A DNA stretch of 64,000 nucleotides from Patescibacteria group bacterium (GTDB lineage: Bacteria > Patescibacteriota > Kazan-3B-28 > UBA10110). This document shows positions 9,326 through 18,794 of this stretch, piece by piece (the stretch's first letter is position 1; every line of letters begins with the position of its first letter). The stretch is from positions 4,024 to 68,023 of the forward strand of contig JAZDKW010000010.1 in NCBI GenBank assembly GCA_043802665.1, given 5' to 3'. The notes under the pieces are model-generated. The model saw nothing but the letters and a program-made list of their open reading frames with translations, did no database searches and was not told where the DNA came from. The position numbers were made by a program, and so were the translations under genes.

Positions 9326-10108
9326 ATGCGACAGCTACTTTCAGTTCTATCGATCGCTGTGCTGATAGCGATGATCGTTTTCTTCAATGTGGTCACACCG
9401 GTCCAAGCGGATGAAAATGCTCCGCCGCTGAGCCAGGCCGACCTGGATTATGTCAGTGAGAATATTCACATTCTGTACGAAACAGGAATTCTGGAGGGAT
9501 ATCCCGAAGGTAACGAGTTCGAGGGTGAAAATATGGTCACCCGATTTGAGGCAGGGGTAATTTTAAGCAGATTTTATAGTTTCCTGCTCAATGAGATCAA
9601 TGAGCATGGAATCGAAGTGATGGATTTTGTTGATATCCGATTCCCTTTGGATGAGCCTATGGATATGAACGATATCCCTAAAAACCACTGGGCTTATGAA
9701 GAAATTAAGAAAGTTGAGCACATGGGCGTAGTGGTCGGTAACCCCGAGGGTCAGTACCTGGGCTCGGAGCAAGCAAACCGCTACGAGTTTGCTGTAATGT
9801 TATTGCGAATGGTTGTTTTGATGGATTTTGGTCTATGGGAGGCTATCCCAGGTTATGATGCTGGTTTCCGGTATTCGCATCTGGCGAAACCGGAACTAAT
9901 CGGAGAAGCTCCTGAAGAATATTGGGCGCAAGTAGATGTAAGAAGGTTTCTGGGCGCACGCGAACCTCAATTGACCCCCGACGATATAGCAAAAGGAGGC
10001 GGACCATTTACGCGTAACGAGTTGGCCTTCATACTCCTTAGGCTATCAGACAAATTTACAGCCGAACTCGGCGAGATTGATGATTTTCTCGCGCAAAAAA
10101 AGAAATAG
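9326..10108 (+). CDS. Secreted protein with two S-layer-homology (SLH)-like modules.
   Basis: Signal peptide, then ILEGYPEGNEFEGENMVTRFEAGVIL and VVVGNPEGQYLGSEQANRYEFAVML (the SLH motif G-Y-P-D-G-x-F-x-P-x-x-x-x-T-R-A-E). Confidence 0.55.
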   Translation: MRQLLSVLSIAVLIAMIVFFNVVTPVQADENAPPLSQADLDYVSENIHILYETGILEGYPEGNEFEGENMVTRFEAGVILSRFYSFLLNEINEHGIEVMDFVDIRFPLDEPMDMNDIPKNHWAYEEIKKVEHMGVVVGNPEGQYLGSEQANRYEFAVMLLRMVVLMDFGLWEAIPGYDAGFRYSHLAKPELIGEAPEEYWAQVDVRRFLGAREPQLTPDDIAKGGGPFTRNELAFILLRLSDKFTAELGEIDDFLAQKKK

Positions 10109-10160
10109 AAACGGCTCCGGTACACAATACCGGCACGCAACAAATGAACCTTCTTGGATG

Positions 10161-10190
10161 ATGCTTCAAAACCCTTTGAATCTCAAGGGG
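10161..10190 (+). terminator. Intrinsic terminator after the SLH gene.
   Basis: AAACCCTTtgaatctcAAGGGGTTTTTT. Confidence 0.6.
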
Positions 10191-10225
10191 TTTTTTCATT
10201 CTCTAAAAAAGTTTACGGACAATTT

Positions 10226-10256
10226 CAACGGCTCAACCCGTTGAGCCGTTGAAATC
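10226..10256. repeat. Long palindrome TTCAACGGCTCAAC-cc-GTTGAGCCGTTGAA; family member 1.
   Basis: 11-15-bp arms read directly; a related palindrome is at 37316..37345. Confidence 0.6.
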
Positions 10257-10269
10257 TTGCTATAAATTC

Positions 10270-10383
10270 TGGCGGTGTGCGTTCGAAAAAATTCGAACCG
10301 ATTTCGCCCAAAATTTGTAGGGCGGGCGGAATTCCCCCCAGACCCCCCTTCCACCCGCCCGCAGAAGCGACCCTTTCGGATTG
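10270..10383. repeat. IR-a left copy (114 bp, perfect inverted repeat of 11542..11655). Begins with TGGCGG (the reverse complement of a tRNA 3' end) and contains an internal GC hairpin.
   Basis: Base-by-base comparison with the reverse complement of 11542..11655. Confidence 0.85.
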
Positions 10384-10421
10384 GACGATTTCAAGTTTTT
10401 CTTTGGCGGCAAATTCTTTTA

Positions 10422-11168
10422 TTATTCTTTTTGTGCATAACCAATATAACCCAATTTCGTATTTTTCCCGATACCAAATTTAAACTCACCTTTTTTTATT
10501 CCCGCTAATATTCCCGCTAGTATAAAACCTTTTGTTTCTATATTTTTTATATTATATTTTTGCATTAAAAAATTAAGTTCGTCTGGCTTGATGAATTTTT
10601 TCCATTCATGTATATCCACGTTTTCGCCTGATACCTTTAAAGTTTTAAATTGTTTCATCATAAAATAATTAAAAAACCAGTTCATAATTTTTGAAAGAAT
10701 AGTTCTATTTATAGTAAGATAACAAAATTTTCCGCCATGCTTTAGTACCCTTGAAGTTTCGCTTATTACTTTTTCAAGATTGTTTACATGTTCAAGACAG
10801 TCAGCGCAAACTACCACATCAAACGTATTATTTCCCATAGGAATATTTTCTGCAGAACCTACCCTGTAATCAATTTTCAAGTTATTTTTAAAGGCATGAT
10901 TTATTGCCACTTTTATAGCATTTTCAGAAATATCTATTCCAGTAATATTAGCATCTTTTTTAGCAAACTCTTCAGCTAAAAGTCCACCGCCACATCCCAT
11001 GTCTAAAATCTTTAATCCTTTTAATTCTCCAATTGCTTCACTGAAATAGGAAAATCTTACAGGATTCATTTGTTGAAGCGGGTTATTTTTAGTACTCCAC
11101 CAAAAATCATCTATCCGATTGTACATATTGTCTTTAACTATTTTATTTTCTTTAATCCATTTGTCCAT
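10422..11168 (-). CDS. Class I SAM-dependent methyltransferase (UbiG/SmtA-like small-molecule methyltransferase), AT-rich cargo gene.
   Basis: ILDMGCGGGLLAEEF (motif I) and FDVVVCADCLEHV; this stretch is visibly far more AT-rich than the flanks. Confidence 0.75.
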   Translation of the reverse strand: MDKWIKENKIVKDNMYNRIDDFWWSTKNNPLQQMNPVRFSYFSEAIGELKGLKILDMGCGGGLLAEEFAKKDANITGIDISENAIKVAINHAFKNNLKIDYRVGSAENIPMGNNTFDVVVCADCLEHVNNLEKVISETSRVLKHGGKFCYLTINRTILSKIMNWFFNYFMMKQFKTLKVSGENVDIHEWKKFIKPDELNFLMQKYNIKNIETKGFILAGILAGIKKGEFKFGIGKNTKLGYIGYAQKE

Positions 11169-11177
11169 ATGTTTATA

Positions 11178-11384
11178 TTATTTTAATAAATCCTCTATTG
11201 AAACGCCAAGAGATTTGGCTAATTTTGCCATAATAAGTACAGACGGCTTTTTAATAACATTGCTCTCAATCTTTGTAAGAGTAGTGTATTTCACGCCAGA
11301 TTTCTTGGCAAAATCCTCTTGGGATAATCCCTGCTTATTTCGGTACTTTTTTATATTTTCGCCTATGTTGATTTCTATTGCCAT
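11178..11384 (-). CDS. XRE-family helix-turn-helix transcriptional regulator.
   Basis: 68 aa with QGLSQEDFAKKSGVKYTTLTKIESN, the classic Cro/C1 HTH. Confidence 0.8.
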   Translation of the reverse strand: MAIEINIGENIKKYRNKQGLSQEDFAKKSGVKYTTLTKIESNVIKKPSVLIMAKLAKSLGVSIEDLLK

Positions 11385-11396
11385 ATTATCACTAAT

Positions 11397-11445
11397 TTGA
11401 TAGTATTAAAGTGTTATACTATCCTTTCAATATAATACTATCAAA
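11397..11445. promoter_or_regulatory. Operator-like array of half-sites GATAGTAT / ATACTATC (x2) overlapping a TTGATA-17-TAGTAT promoter for the XRE gene.
   Basis: Palindrome TTGATAGTAT-N9-ATACTATC plus a third half-site ATACTATCAA 13 bp further on, directly upstream of the XRE start. Confidence 0.5.
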
Positions 11446-11541
11446 TTTTATGAAAATAGTCCAATTAAAAATGAGGGAAGCCCGCTTTTGGCCCAAAATG
11501 AAATTCGAGCCGATATTTTTTCAGGTTCTTTGGCAGTTTTT

Positions 11542-11655
11542 CAATCCGAAAGGGTCGCTTCTGCGGGCGGGTGGAAGGGGGGTCTGGGGGGAATTCCGCC
11601 CGCCCTACAAATTTTGGGCGAAATCGGTTCGAATTTTTTCGAACGCACACCGCCA
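11542..11655. repeat. IR-a right copy (114 bp) ending in CCGCCA.
   Basis: Identical to the reverse complement of 10270..10383. Confidence 0.85.
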
Positions 11656-11656
11656 A

Positions 11657-11736
11657 TTGGGAAATGTCTTTGTTGGCTCGCCCTCTGCGAGGGCTCGCCA
11701 GCCGATTTTAAGCGCAAATCGGAATTTTTTATCTTT
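11657..11736. repeat. IR-b left copy (80 bp).
   Basis: Identical to the reverse complement of 13169..13248. Including CCGCCA, the match is 87 bp with one mismatch. Confidence 0.85.
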
Positions 11737-11806
11737 GCCCCGCTACTGCGGGGCTGGTCAAAAGCGGGCTTCCCGAATTTTCATTTTTAATTTTTAAGGA
11801 GAAACC

Positions 11807-13435
<1,629 letters not shown>

Positions 13436-14067
13436 ACGAACCAAAAATATTCAAATAAGAAATCACGCTTGGAACGCTGTATAAATAGATTCTTCTCCCT
13501 TCATCGGTGATGTGCGGATTTATCCCGACTTCCTTTAGGATCTTCGCTGTGGAAATAATCAGTTTTTTAGAAGAATTGGTGAAACAGAAACCAATATTAT
13601 GGTATGGCGCATTCCTTACAATATGGTTATGTATGAATAAGCAGCCATCTGTATCCACACATCCTCTGACAAATGCTTTCTGGTATTCAGGATTGTCATT
13701 TATCCATTTTGGAATATCAATTTGTTGAACAACTTTGTTCCCCCTTACTGCACCTTTACCGACTAGAAAATCTAATAGGTTGCTCCCCGAACAAATAAGA
13801 ACTAACGCATTTTGATTAGGCCTTTTTCTAATATACACGTTGATCTCAAATAATTTTCTTAAGAGTCTGTCAATGTACTGCGAATATTCCAGATCAGAAT
13901 TAGAGTTGAGGGTAATGACAAGTTGCCAATCATTGTTTATTCCTCCGTCACCAAAAATAATCCCAAATAATTCTGCCAGTTCCTTTGATTCGTTAGGAAT
14001 ATTAACAATTTTTCTGTGGCTTTTCTTAGGATATTTTAGTAACGAATAATCCATTGTTTAATAAATT

Positions 14068-14093
14068 GCACTCGGCCACTATGCGACCTCTCC
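14068..14093 (-). other. tRNA-Ser-like 5' fragment (acceptor plus class-II D-arm) 14 nt upstream of the endonuclease start.
   Basis: Minus strand reads GGAGAGGTC-GCA-TAGTGGCCGAG-TGC; shares GGAGAGGT with the intact tRNA. Confidence 0.3.
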
Positions 14094-14223
14094 TTAGGAT
14101 AAAGATAGTTAATTACCTTATTATTGTAGCAGGACTGAAATACATCCTTTATATTAAGTCTTCACTAATGCTACTATAATCATAGAGAGAATCAGCAAAA
14201 AGCACATTAAAAGGAGCGCTAAA

Positions 14224-14436
14224 ATGGCATCGGGAGTAACCGGTACGGGTTTTTATGGGCGCATTAGAGCACTGACTGATACCATAAAAATGGATAAGCA
14301 CCAGTTGGAAAATGCTCCTTTATCACCCGCCCAAAAGAAGAGTCTCAAACAACGGATCGCATCATACAAAGCCAGACTAAAGGAAGTCCGCGCCGAGCTA
14401 AGAGCCTGGAAGGCTTCACAGGCCTCTAAACCGTAG
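14224..14436 (+). CDS. Small coiled-coil hypothetical protein.
   Basis: 70 aa; AAAGGAG ribosome-binding site; followed by a hairpin terminator. Confidence 0.35.
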   Translation: MASGVTGTGFYGRIRALTDTIKMDKHQLENAPLSPAQKKSLKQRIASYKARLKEVRAELRAWKASQASKP

Positions 14437-14467
14437 TGTTGCAAGCCACAAGGTATCACAAGGTATT

Positions 14468-14507
14468 CAAACCGCTTATTCACTAAGTTGAATGGCGGTT
14501 TTGTTTT
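14468..14507 (+). terminator. Intrinsic terminator.
   Basis: AAACCGCttattcactaagttgaatgGCGGTTTTGTTTT. Confidence 0.5.
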
Positions 14508-14810
14508 AACCAGCCATTGGAGCTCGAGCGATCCGCCAGCTGGCGGAGTATTCCAAAAATTACCGCTTAGTGAAGCTGGTAATACCAGTGGGAACGGAAA
14601 GGTATATTTTTGGATTAATACCGAGTGAGAGCGACCCGCCCGAATGTACCATTCGGTACGGGCGGGCTGACCGGGACTTTTGCGCTACTTTTCTAGAAAA
14701 GTAGTAAATAAAATAAATGTTTTGAATTAGAACAAGATCCTGAAACCCGTCCTACGCTCTACGAGCTACGGAGGGCTAACGCAAGTTCAGGATGACGGGT
14801 TTGGTGAGAT

Positions 14811-14839
14811 TTGACAGGGAAGAGATTACCCCCTATAAT
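14811..14839 (+). promoter_or_regulatory. Consensus sigma-70 promoter for the rpsF-ssb-rpsR operon.
   Basis: TTGACA, exactly 17 nt, TATAAT. Confidence 0.55.
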
Positions 14840-14919
14840 CAGATTACTTTATAACTTAACCTTTTCTCCCTCGAGCATTGCCGAGAGGGATTCCCCATGG
14901 GAAAGGAAATTTTTTGCTT

Positions 14920-15642
14920 ATGGAAGATATCAAACCGGCCAGCACCTATGAATTAACAATTTTGATGGCGGCAGACCTCTCTGAGCTTGACGTTCAAAAA
15001 GTAATGGATAAGATCAAGGCTACCCTGACCGCTAAAAACGGTCTGATCCAAAAAGAGTACGACTGGGGGAAAAAACGGTTGGCCTATCATATAAACAAGG
15101 TCGATTTTGGCTATTATCACAGCCTGGTTTTTGAAGCCCCTAAAGAAGTTCTTGCTGAAATCGGTCAAGACTTACGGCTAATGCCAGACATATTACGCTA
15201 TCTGATCATCTCCCTGGACAAAGAAGGTATAACGGCTGATCAGCTCTTCACCCCAGACAAAGAAGCCGCTTTAGTCGCTTCGATGATGAAAGAAAAGATG
15301 GAGCCAGCCAGACCGCATCAAACCAGGGCAAGTAGAGGGAGGGCAACGCCAATCAAAACAGAGATTCCCAAGGTAGAAGATTCTGAAGCTACTGCCCATC
15401 CGTCAGCTGACGGAACTTCCCGGGATAACGTTGTAGAAGAGATTGCGGACAAAACTCCGTCCACCAGCCAATCAGAAAAAGATAAAGAAACCAAAAAAAC
15501 TCTAAAGACCCCTCGACCCGACCACGCCAAGGCCACAACGGATAAACAAACCCGCGATGATATGAAACTAACGAAAGAAGACGAGGCAAAACGAAGAGAG
15601 GAATTAGATAAGAAGTTAGATGAATTATTAAAAGAGGAATAA
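14920..15642 (+). CDS. rpsF: Ribosomal protein bS6 with a roughly 130-aa charged C-terminal extension. The ORF track starts at 14878, but the conserved N-terminus begins at MEDIKPASTYELTIL.
   Basis: YELTILMAADLSE…KNGLIQKEYDWGKKRLAYHIN…YYHSLVFEAP. Confidence 0.8.
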   Translation: MEDIKPASTYELTILMAADLSELDVQKVMDKIKATLTAKNGLIQKEYDWGKKRLAYHINKVDFGYYHSLVFEAPKEVLAEIGQDLRLMPDILRYLIISLDKEGITADQLFTPDKEAALVASMMKEKMEPARPHQTRASRGRATPIKTEIPKVEDSEATAHPSADGTSRDNVVEEIADKTPSTSQSEKDKETKKTLKTPRPDHAKATTDKQTRDDMKLTKEDEAKRREELDKKLDELLKEE

Positions 15643-15681
15643 GTTGAAATAAAAGTTATATTTGAATAACTTTTAAAACCT

Positions 15682-16230
15682 ATGCGTGATCTAAATAAAG
15701 TAATGTTAATTGGTAATATGGTGCGAGACCCCGAACTGCGCACCATCCCCTCCGGACAAAGTGTGGCATCCATTTCTGTTGCCACCAACCGCAGTTGGAA
15801 TAACACATCTGGTGAACTGCAAAAAGCTGTGGAATACACAGATATTGTAGCCTGGGGAAAACTCGCGGAAATTGCCGGACAGATTTTAAAGAAAGGCCGC
15901 CGCATTTATGTGGAGGGTCGCCTACAGACCCGCAATTGGGAAGGCCAGGACGGGGTTAAAAGATACAAGACCGAAGTTATCGCTAGCGATTTGATTGTGT
16001 TGGATAAGCCCCAAGGCATTAATATGAATGGGGTAACAGAACCCGCTACTACACTCGGCCAATCTACTCCTGCTACTCCTGCCACCACACTGCCCCCGAC
16101 CAGTGACACCTCTATGGGACAATCCTTGGACAAACAAACCGAATCGGCACCACAACCAGTCGCAGTCGGTAATGCCCCTGTTTCCTCCGCGACCGCCGAA
16201 GAAATTGATATTGAAGATATTCCTTTTTAG
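15682..16230 (+). CDS. ssb: Single-stranded DNA-binding protein.
   Basis: OB-fold MLIGNMVRDPELRTIPSGQSVASISVATNRSW and C-terminal acidic tip DIEDIPF. Confidence 0.88.
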   Translation: MRDLNKVMLIGNMVRDPELRTIPSGQSVASISVATNRSWNNTSGELQKAVEYTDIVAWGKLAEIAGQILKKGRRIYVEGRLQTRNWEGQDGVKRYKTEVIASDLIVLDKPQGINMNGVTEPATTLGQSTPATPATTLPPTSDTSMGQSLDKQTESAPQPVAVGNAPVSSATAEEIDIEDIPF

Positions 16231-16300
16231 ACCTTTTTAGACCAGACCACCAATCTCACTGACCAATGCTCTTTACATTCAAACAATAAATTAACTAATT

Positions 16301-16567
16301 ATGGCTTACAAAACATTCAAGAAAAAGAGAAAACCGGCAACATTTCCTCGCTACACCACAACAGTAAAAAAATACTGTCATTTTTGCCACGAAAAAGTTG
16401 ATTATATCGATTACAAGAATGTGAAAACATTGTCCAAGTACCTATCACGATATATGAAGATTGAGCCGCGTCGCCGAAGCGGCAATTGCGCCAAGCATCA
16501 ACGTATGGTAGCACGAGCATTAAAACGCGCTCGGCACATGGCGTTGATGTCTTTCACCCTGTATTAG
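16301..16567 (+). CDS. rpsR: Ribosomal protein bS18.
   Basis: [47 protein letters not shown]. Confidence 0.88.
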   Translation: MAYKTFKKKRKPATFPRYTTTVKKYCHFCHEKVDYIDYKNVKTLSKYLSRYMKIEPRRRSGNCAKHQRMVARALKRARHMALMSFTLY

Positions 16568-16568
16568 G

Positions 16569-17126
16569 ATGTTGGATATTACCGATCTCAAAACTGGTGT
16601 CATAATTGAATTAGAAGGCGCCCCCTATGAAGTGGTGCGCTATCAGCATACTAAGCTCGGCCGCGGTGGTGCGATTTTGCGTACCACTTTAAAGAATTTA
16701 CTCACCGGATCCAATATAGAACGGACTTTCCGGAGCGAAAAATTTAATGAAGCCGACATCTCCCGAAGCAAAGCCCAATTTTTATACAAAGATGGTGGAA
16801 GTTTTACCTTTATGGACAGTAAAACCTTTGACCAGTTTGATCTTAAACAAGAAGTGTTGAGCCACAATGCCAACTACTTAGCTGAAGGTCGGGAAGTAGA
16901 ATTGGTTTATTTTAACGGCAACCCCATCAGTATCCAACTTCCCCTCAAAATGAAGTTTAAGATCACGCAAGCCGATCCAGCGGTAAAAGGCGATACTGTA
17001 ACCAACCCATCCAAAAACGCCACAATTGAAACGGGATTAACGCTAAAAGTGCCGATGTTTGTGAAAGAAGGTGATACGATTTTGGTAGATACTCGGAATG
17101 GTTCATATATAGAAAGGGTTAATTAA
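16569..17126 (+). CDS. efp: Elongation factor P.
   Basis: KTGVIIELEGAPYEVVRYQHTKLGRGGAILRTTLKNLLTG. Confidence 0.9.
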   Translation: MLDITDLKTGVIIELEGAPYEVVRYQHTKLGRGGAILRTTLKNLLTGSNIERTFRSEKFNEADISRSKAQFLYKDGGSFTFMDSKTFDQFDLKQEVLSHNANYLAEGREVELVYFNGNPISIQLPLKMKFKITQADPAVKGDTVTNPSKNATIETGLTLKVPMFVKEGDTILVDTRNGSYIERVN

Positions 17127-17353
17127 TGAGCGAGATTCATAATAAAAAATTAGACGAACTAATGAAATTGCAGGAGAAACAAGCATCTTTGCATTGGAAT
17201 TTTTATCGTGGGATATTCTACGGCTTCGGATTTTTTATTGGATCTGTTTTATTGATAGGCGTGGTTATATATATTTTGTCTTTCATTAACACCGTCCCAA
17301 TCATAGGCGAATACACCGCCAAAATTATTGAATTTATACAGTACAACAAGTAA
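17126..17353 (+). CDS. Small membrane protein (hypothetical).
   Basis: 75 aa with one to two TM helices; translationally coupled to efp. Confidence 0.35.
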   Translation: MSEIHNKKLDELMKLQEKQASLHWNFYRGIFYGFGFFIGSVLLIGVVIYILSFINTVPIIGEYTAKIIEFIQYNK

Positions 17354-17357
17354 TAAC

Positions 17358-17489
17358 ATGGGCTTGTCGATTGGGATAGTTGGATTGCCAAACGTTGGTC
17401 CGTCCTTCGCCCTTACTGTTTTAGGGAGTACCTCCTCTACAAACAGTGCGGGCTACGGAGGACTGCACTTACTTAAATTAGCAAAGTAA
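17358..17489 (+). pseudogene. Diverged duplicate of the ychF 5' end: a 43-codon ORF whose first 14 aa copy the YchF N-terminus with the P-loop Lys changed to Pro.
   Basis: MGLSIGIVGLPNVGPS… versus authentic MSLSIGIVGLPNVGKSTLF 150 nt downstream; about 11 synonymous differences over 48 nt. Confidence 0.4.
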
Positions 17490-17507
17490 CTTAAAGGGTG
17501 TTTCAAA

Positions 17508-18599
17508 ATGAGCTTGTCTATAGGGATCGTGGGGTTACCCAATGTTGGAAAGTCAACGTTATTTAATGCACTGCTCGGGAAAGCCCAAGCAGCTGCCAGT
17601 AATTTTCCGTTTTGTACTATTGAGCCTAATGTCGGCACCGTGCCTGTTCCCGATCCCCGACTTGATGTATTAGCCAAGTTAGAACGATCCGAAAAAAGTG
17701 TTCCAACTGCGATAGAATTTGTCGATATTGCTGGATTAGTGAAAGGTGCCAGCGAAGGCCAAGGACTGGGCAACCAATTTCTGGGTCATGTCCGAGAATG
17801 CGATGCCATTATCGAGGTAGTGCGCATGTTTTCTGATAACAATGTCATTCACGTCAGCGGAACAGTAGACCCCAAAGAGGATATCGCTACCATCAACACC
17901 GAACTCCTGATTGCCGACATGCAAGCTTTAGAAAAAAGAGTCGGTCGAGAAACAAAAGAAGCAAAAACTGATGTTAAATTACAGCCCCGGATAGAATTTC
18001 TGCACAAAATCAAAACTCATATCGATGCGGGTCAGCCTGCCCGAACTTTTGCGGCAAACGACGCAGAAAAAATCTGGCTTAAAGAACTTTGCCTTCTTAC
18101 CAGCAAACCAATCTTGTATGTGGCCAATGTGGACGAAGAACAATTAGAACAGCTTGATTTAATTGAAAAGTTAGAACAACAGGTTGATGATGTCTTCCCG
18201 GAAATTATTGCTCTAAATGCTAAAGCAGAATCTGAATTAGCCCAGATGTGTGTAGAAGATCAAGATTTATTACTGAAAGAATTGGGCATGGATGAACCCG
18301 GATTAAACAAAGTAATCCGGGTTGGCTACAAACTGCTTAATCTGATTACTTTCTTCACTGCCGGTCCCAAGGAAGCCCGGGCCTGGACGGTACGCTCTGG
18401 CGCCAAAGCCCCTCAAGCAGCAGGAGCAATCCATACTGACTTTGAGAAAGGTTTTATCCGTGCCGAAACCGTAAGCTATACTGATTTTGTGCAGTATGGT
18501 GGGTGGAAAGGTGCCGGTGAAACGGGCAAGAACCGCCAGGAAGGAAAAGACTATCTCATCCAGGATGGCGATGTAATGCTCTTTAGGTTCAACGTATAA
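17508..18599 (+). CDS. ychF: Ribosome-binding ATPase YchF (Ola1).
   Basis: P-loop GLPNVGKST, TGS-like C-terminus …DVMLFRFNV. Confidence 0.9.
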   Translation: MSLSIGIVGLPNVGKSTLFNALLGKAQAAASNFPFCTIEPNVGTVPVPDPRLDVLAKLERSEKSVPTAIEFVDIAGLVKGASEGQGLGNQFLGHVRECDAIIEVVRMFSDNNVIHVSGTVDPKEDIATINTELLIADMQALEKRVGRETKEAKTDVKLQPRIEFLHKIKTHIDAGQPARTFAANDAEKIWLKELCLLTSKPILYVANVDEEQLEQLDLIEKLEQQVDDVFPEIIALNAKAESELAQMCVEDQDLLLKELGMDEPGLNKVIRVGYKLLNLITFFTAGPKEARAWTVRSGAKAPQAAGAIHTDFEKGFIRAETVSYTDFVQYGGWKGAGETGKNRQEGKDYLIQDGDVMLFRFNV

Positions 18600-18794
18600 C
18601 CCTGCGTCGTCATGCTAAATTTACGTGTCCCGCGTATGCTGGGATTTCAGCATCTCCAGGGGAAAGATCCTGAATCAATCCGCTAGCTGGCGGACAGGAT
18701 AACGGGAGGGGTGGTTCCCGCCATCGCCGAAAGGCTTCTGTCTTCGCATTAGCTACGCCGGACAGGATGGCCGGGCTTCGCAGGATGACAGCTT

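Larger units (their letters stand above)
11475..11774. repeat. Junction module: 16-bp inverted repeat GGGAAGCCCGCTTTTG (11475..11490 and 11759..11774) enclosing IR-a right copy, the CCGCCA core, IR-b left copy and hairpin GCCCCGCtactGCGGGGC.
   Basis: Read directly. Confidence 0.7.

Noticed and set aside
10275-10508. ORFs 10275..10508, 10277..10483, 11465..11656, 11411..11797, 11488..11790 and 13076..13294, which encode near-identical peptides.
   Set aside because: They lie entirely inside the inverted repeats IR-a and IR-b. The peptide identity merely reflects the DNA repeats, and the composition is Pro/Arg/Gly-rich from GC-rich hairpin DNA.
14068-14093. Interpreting the upstream tRNA-like fragment plus the 3' part of tRNA-Ser(GGA) as one intron-split gene with the homing endonuclease inside.
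   Set aside because: The downstream tRNA is complete by itself, with its own acceptor and D-arm, so a split-gene model is unnecessary. It is kept only as an alternative in the findings.
15318-15905. 195-aa minus-strand ORF overlapping the rpsF tail and the ssb start.
   Set aside because: Antisense to the charged, repetitive C-terminal extension of bS6; Ser-rich nonsense translation.
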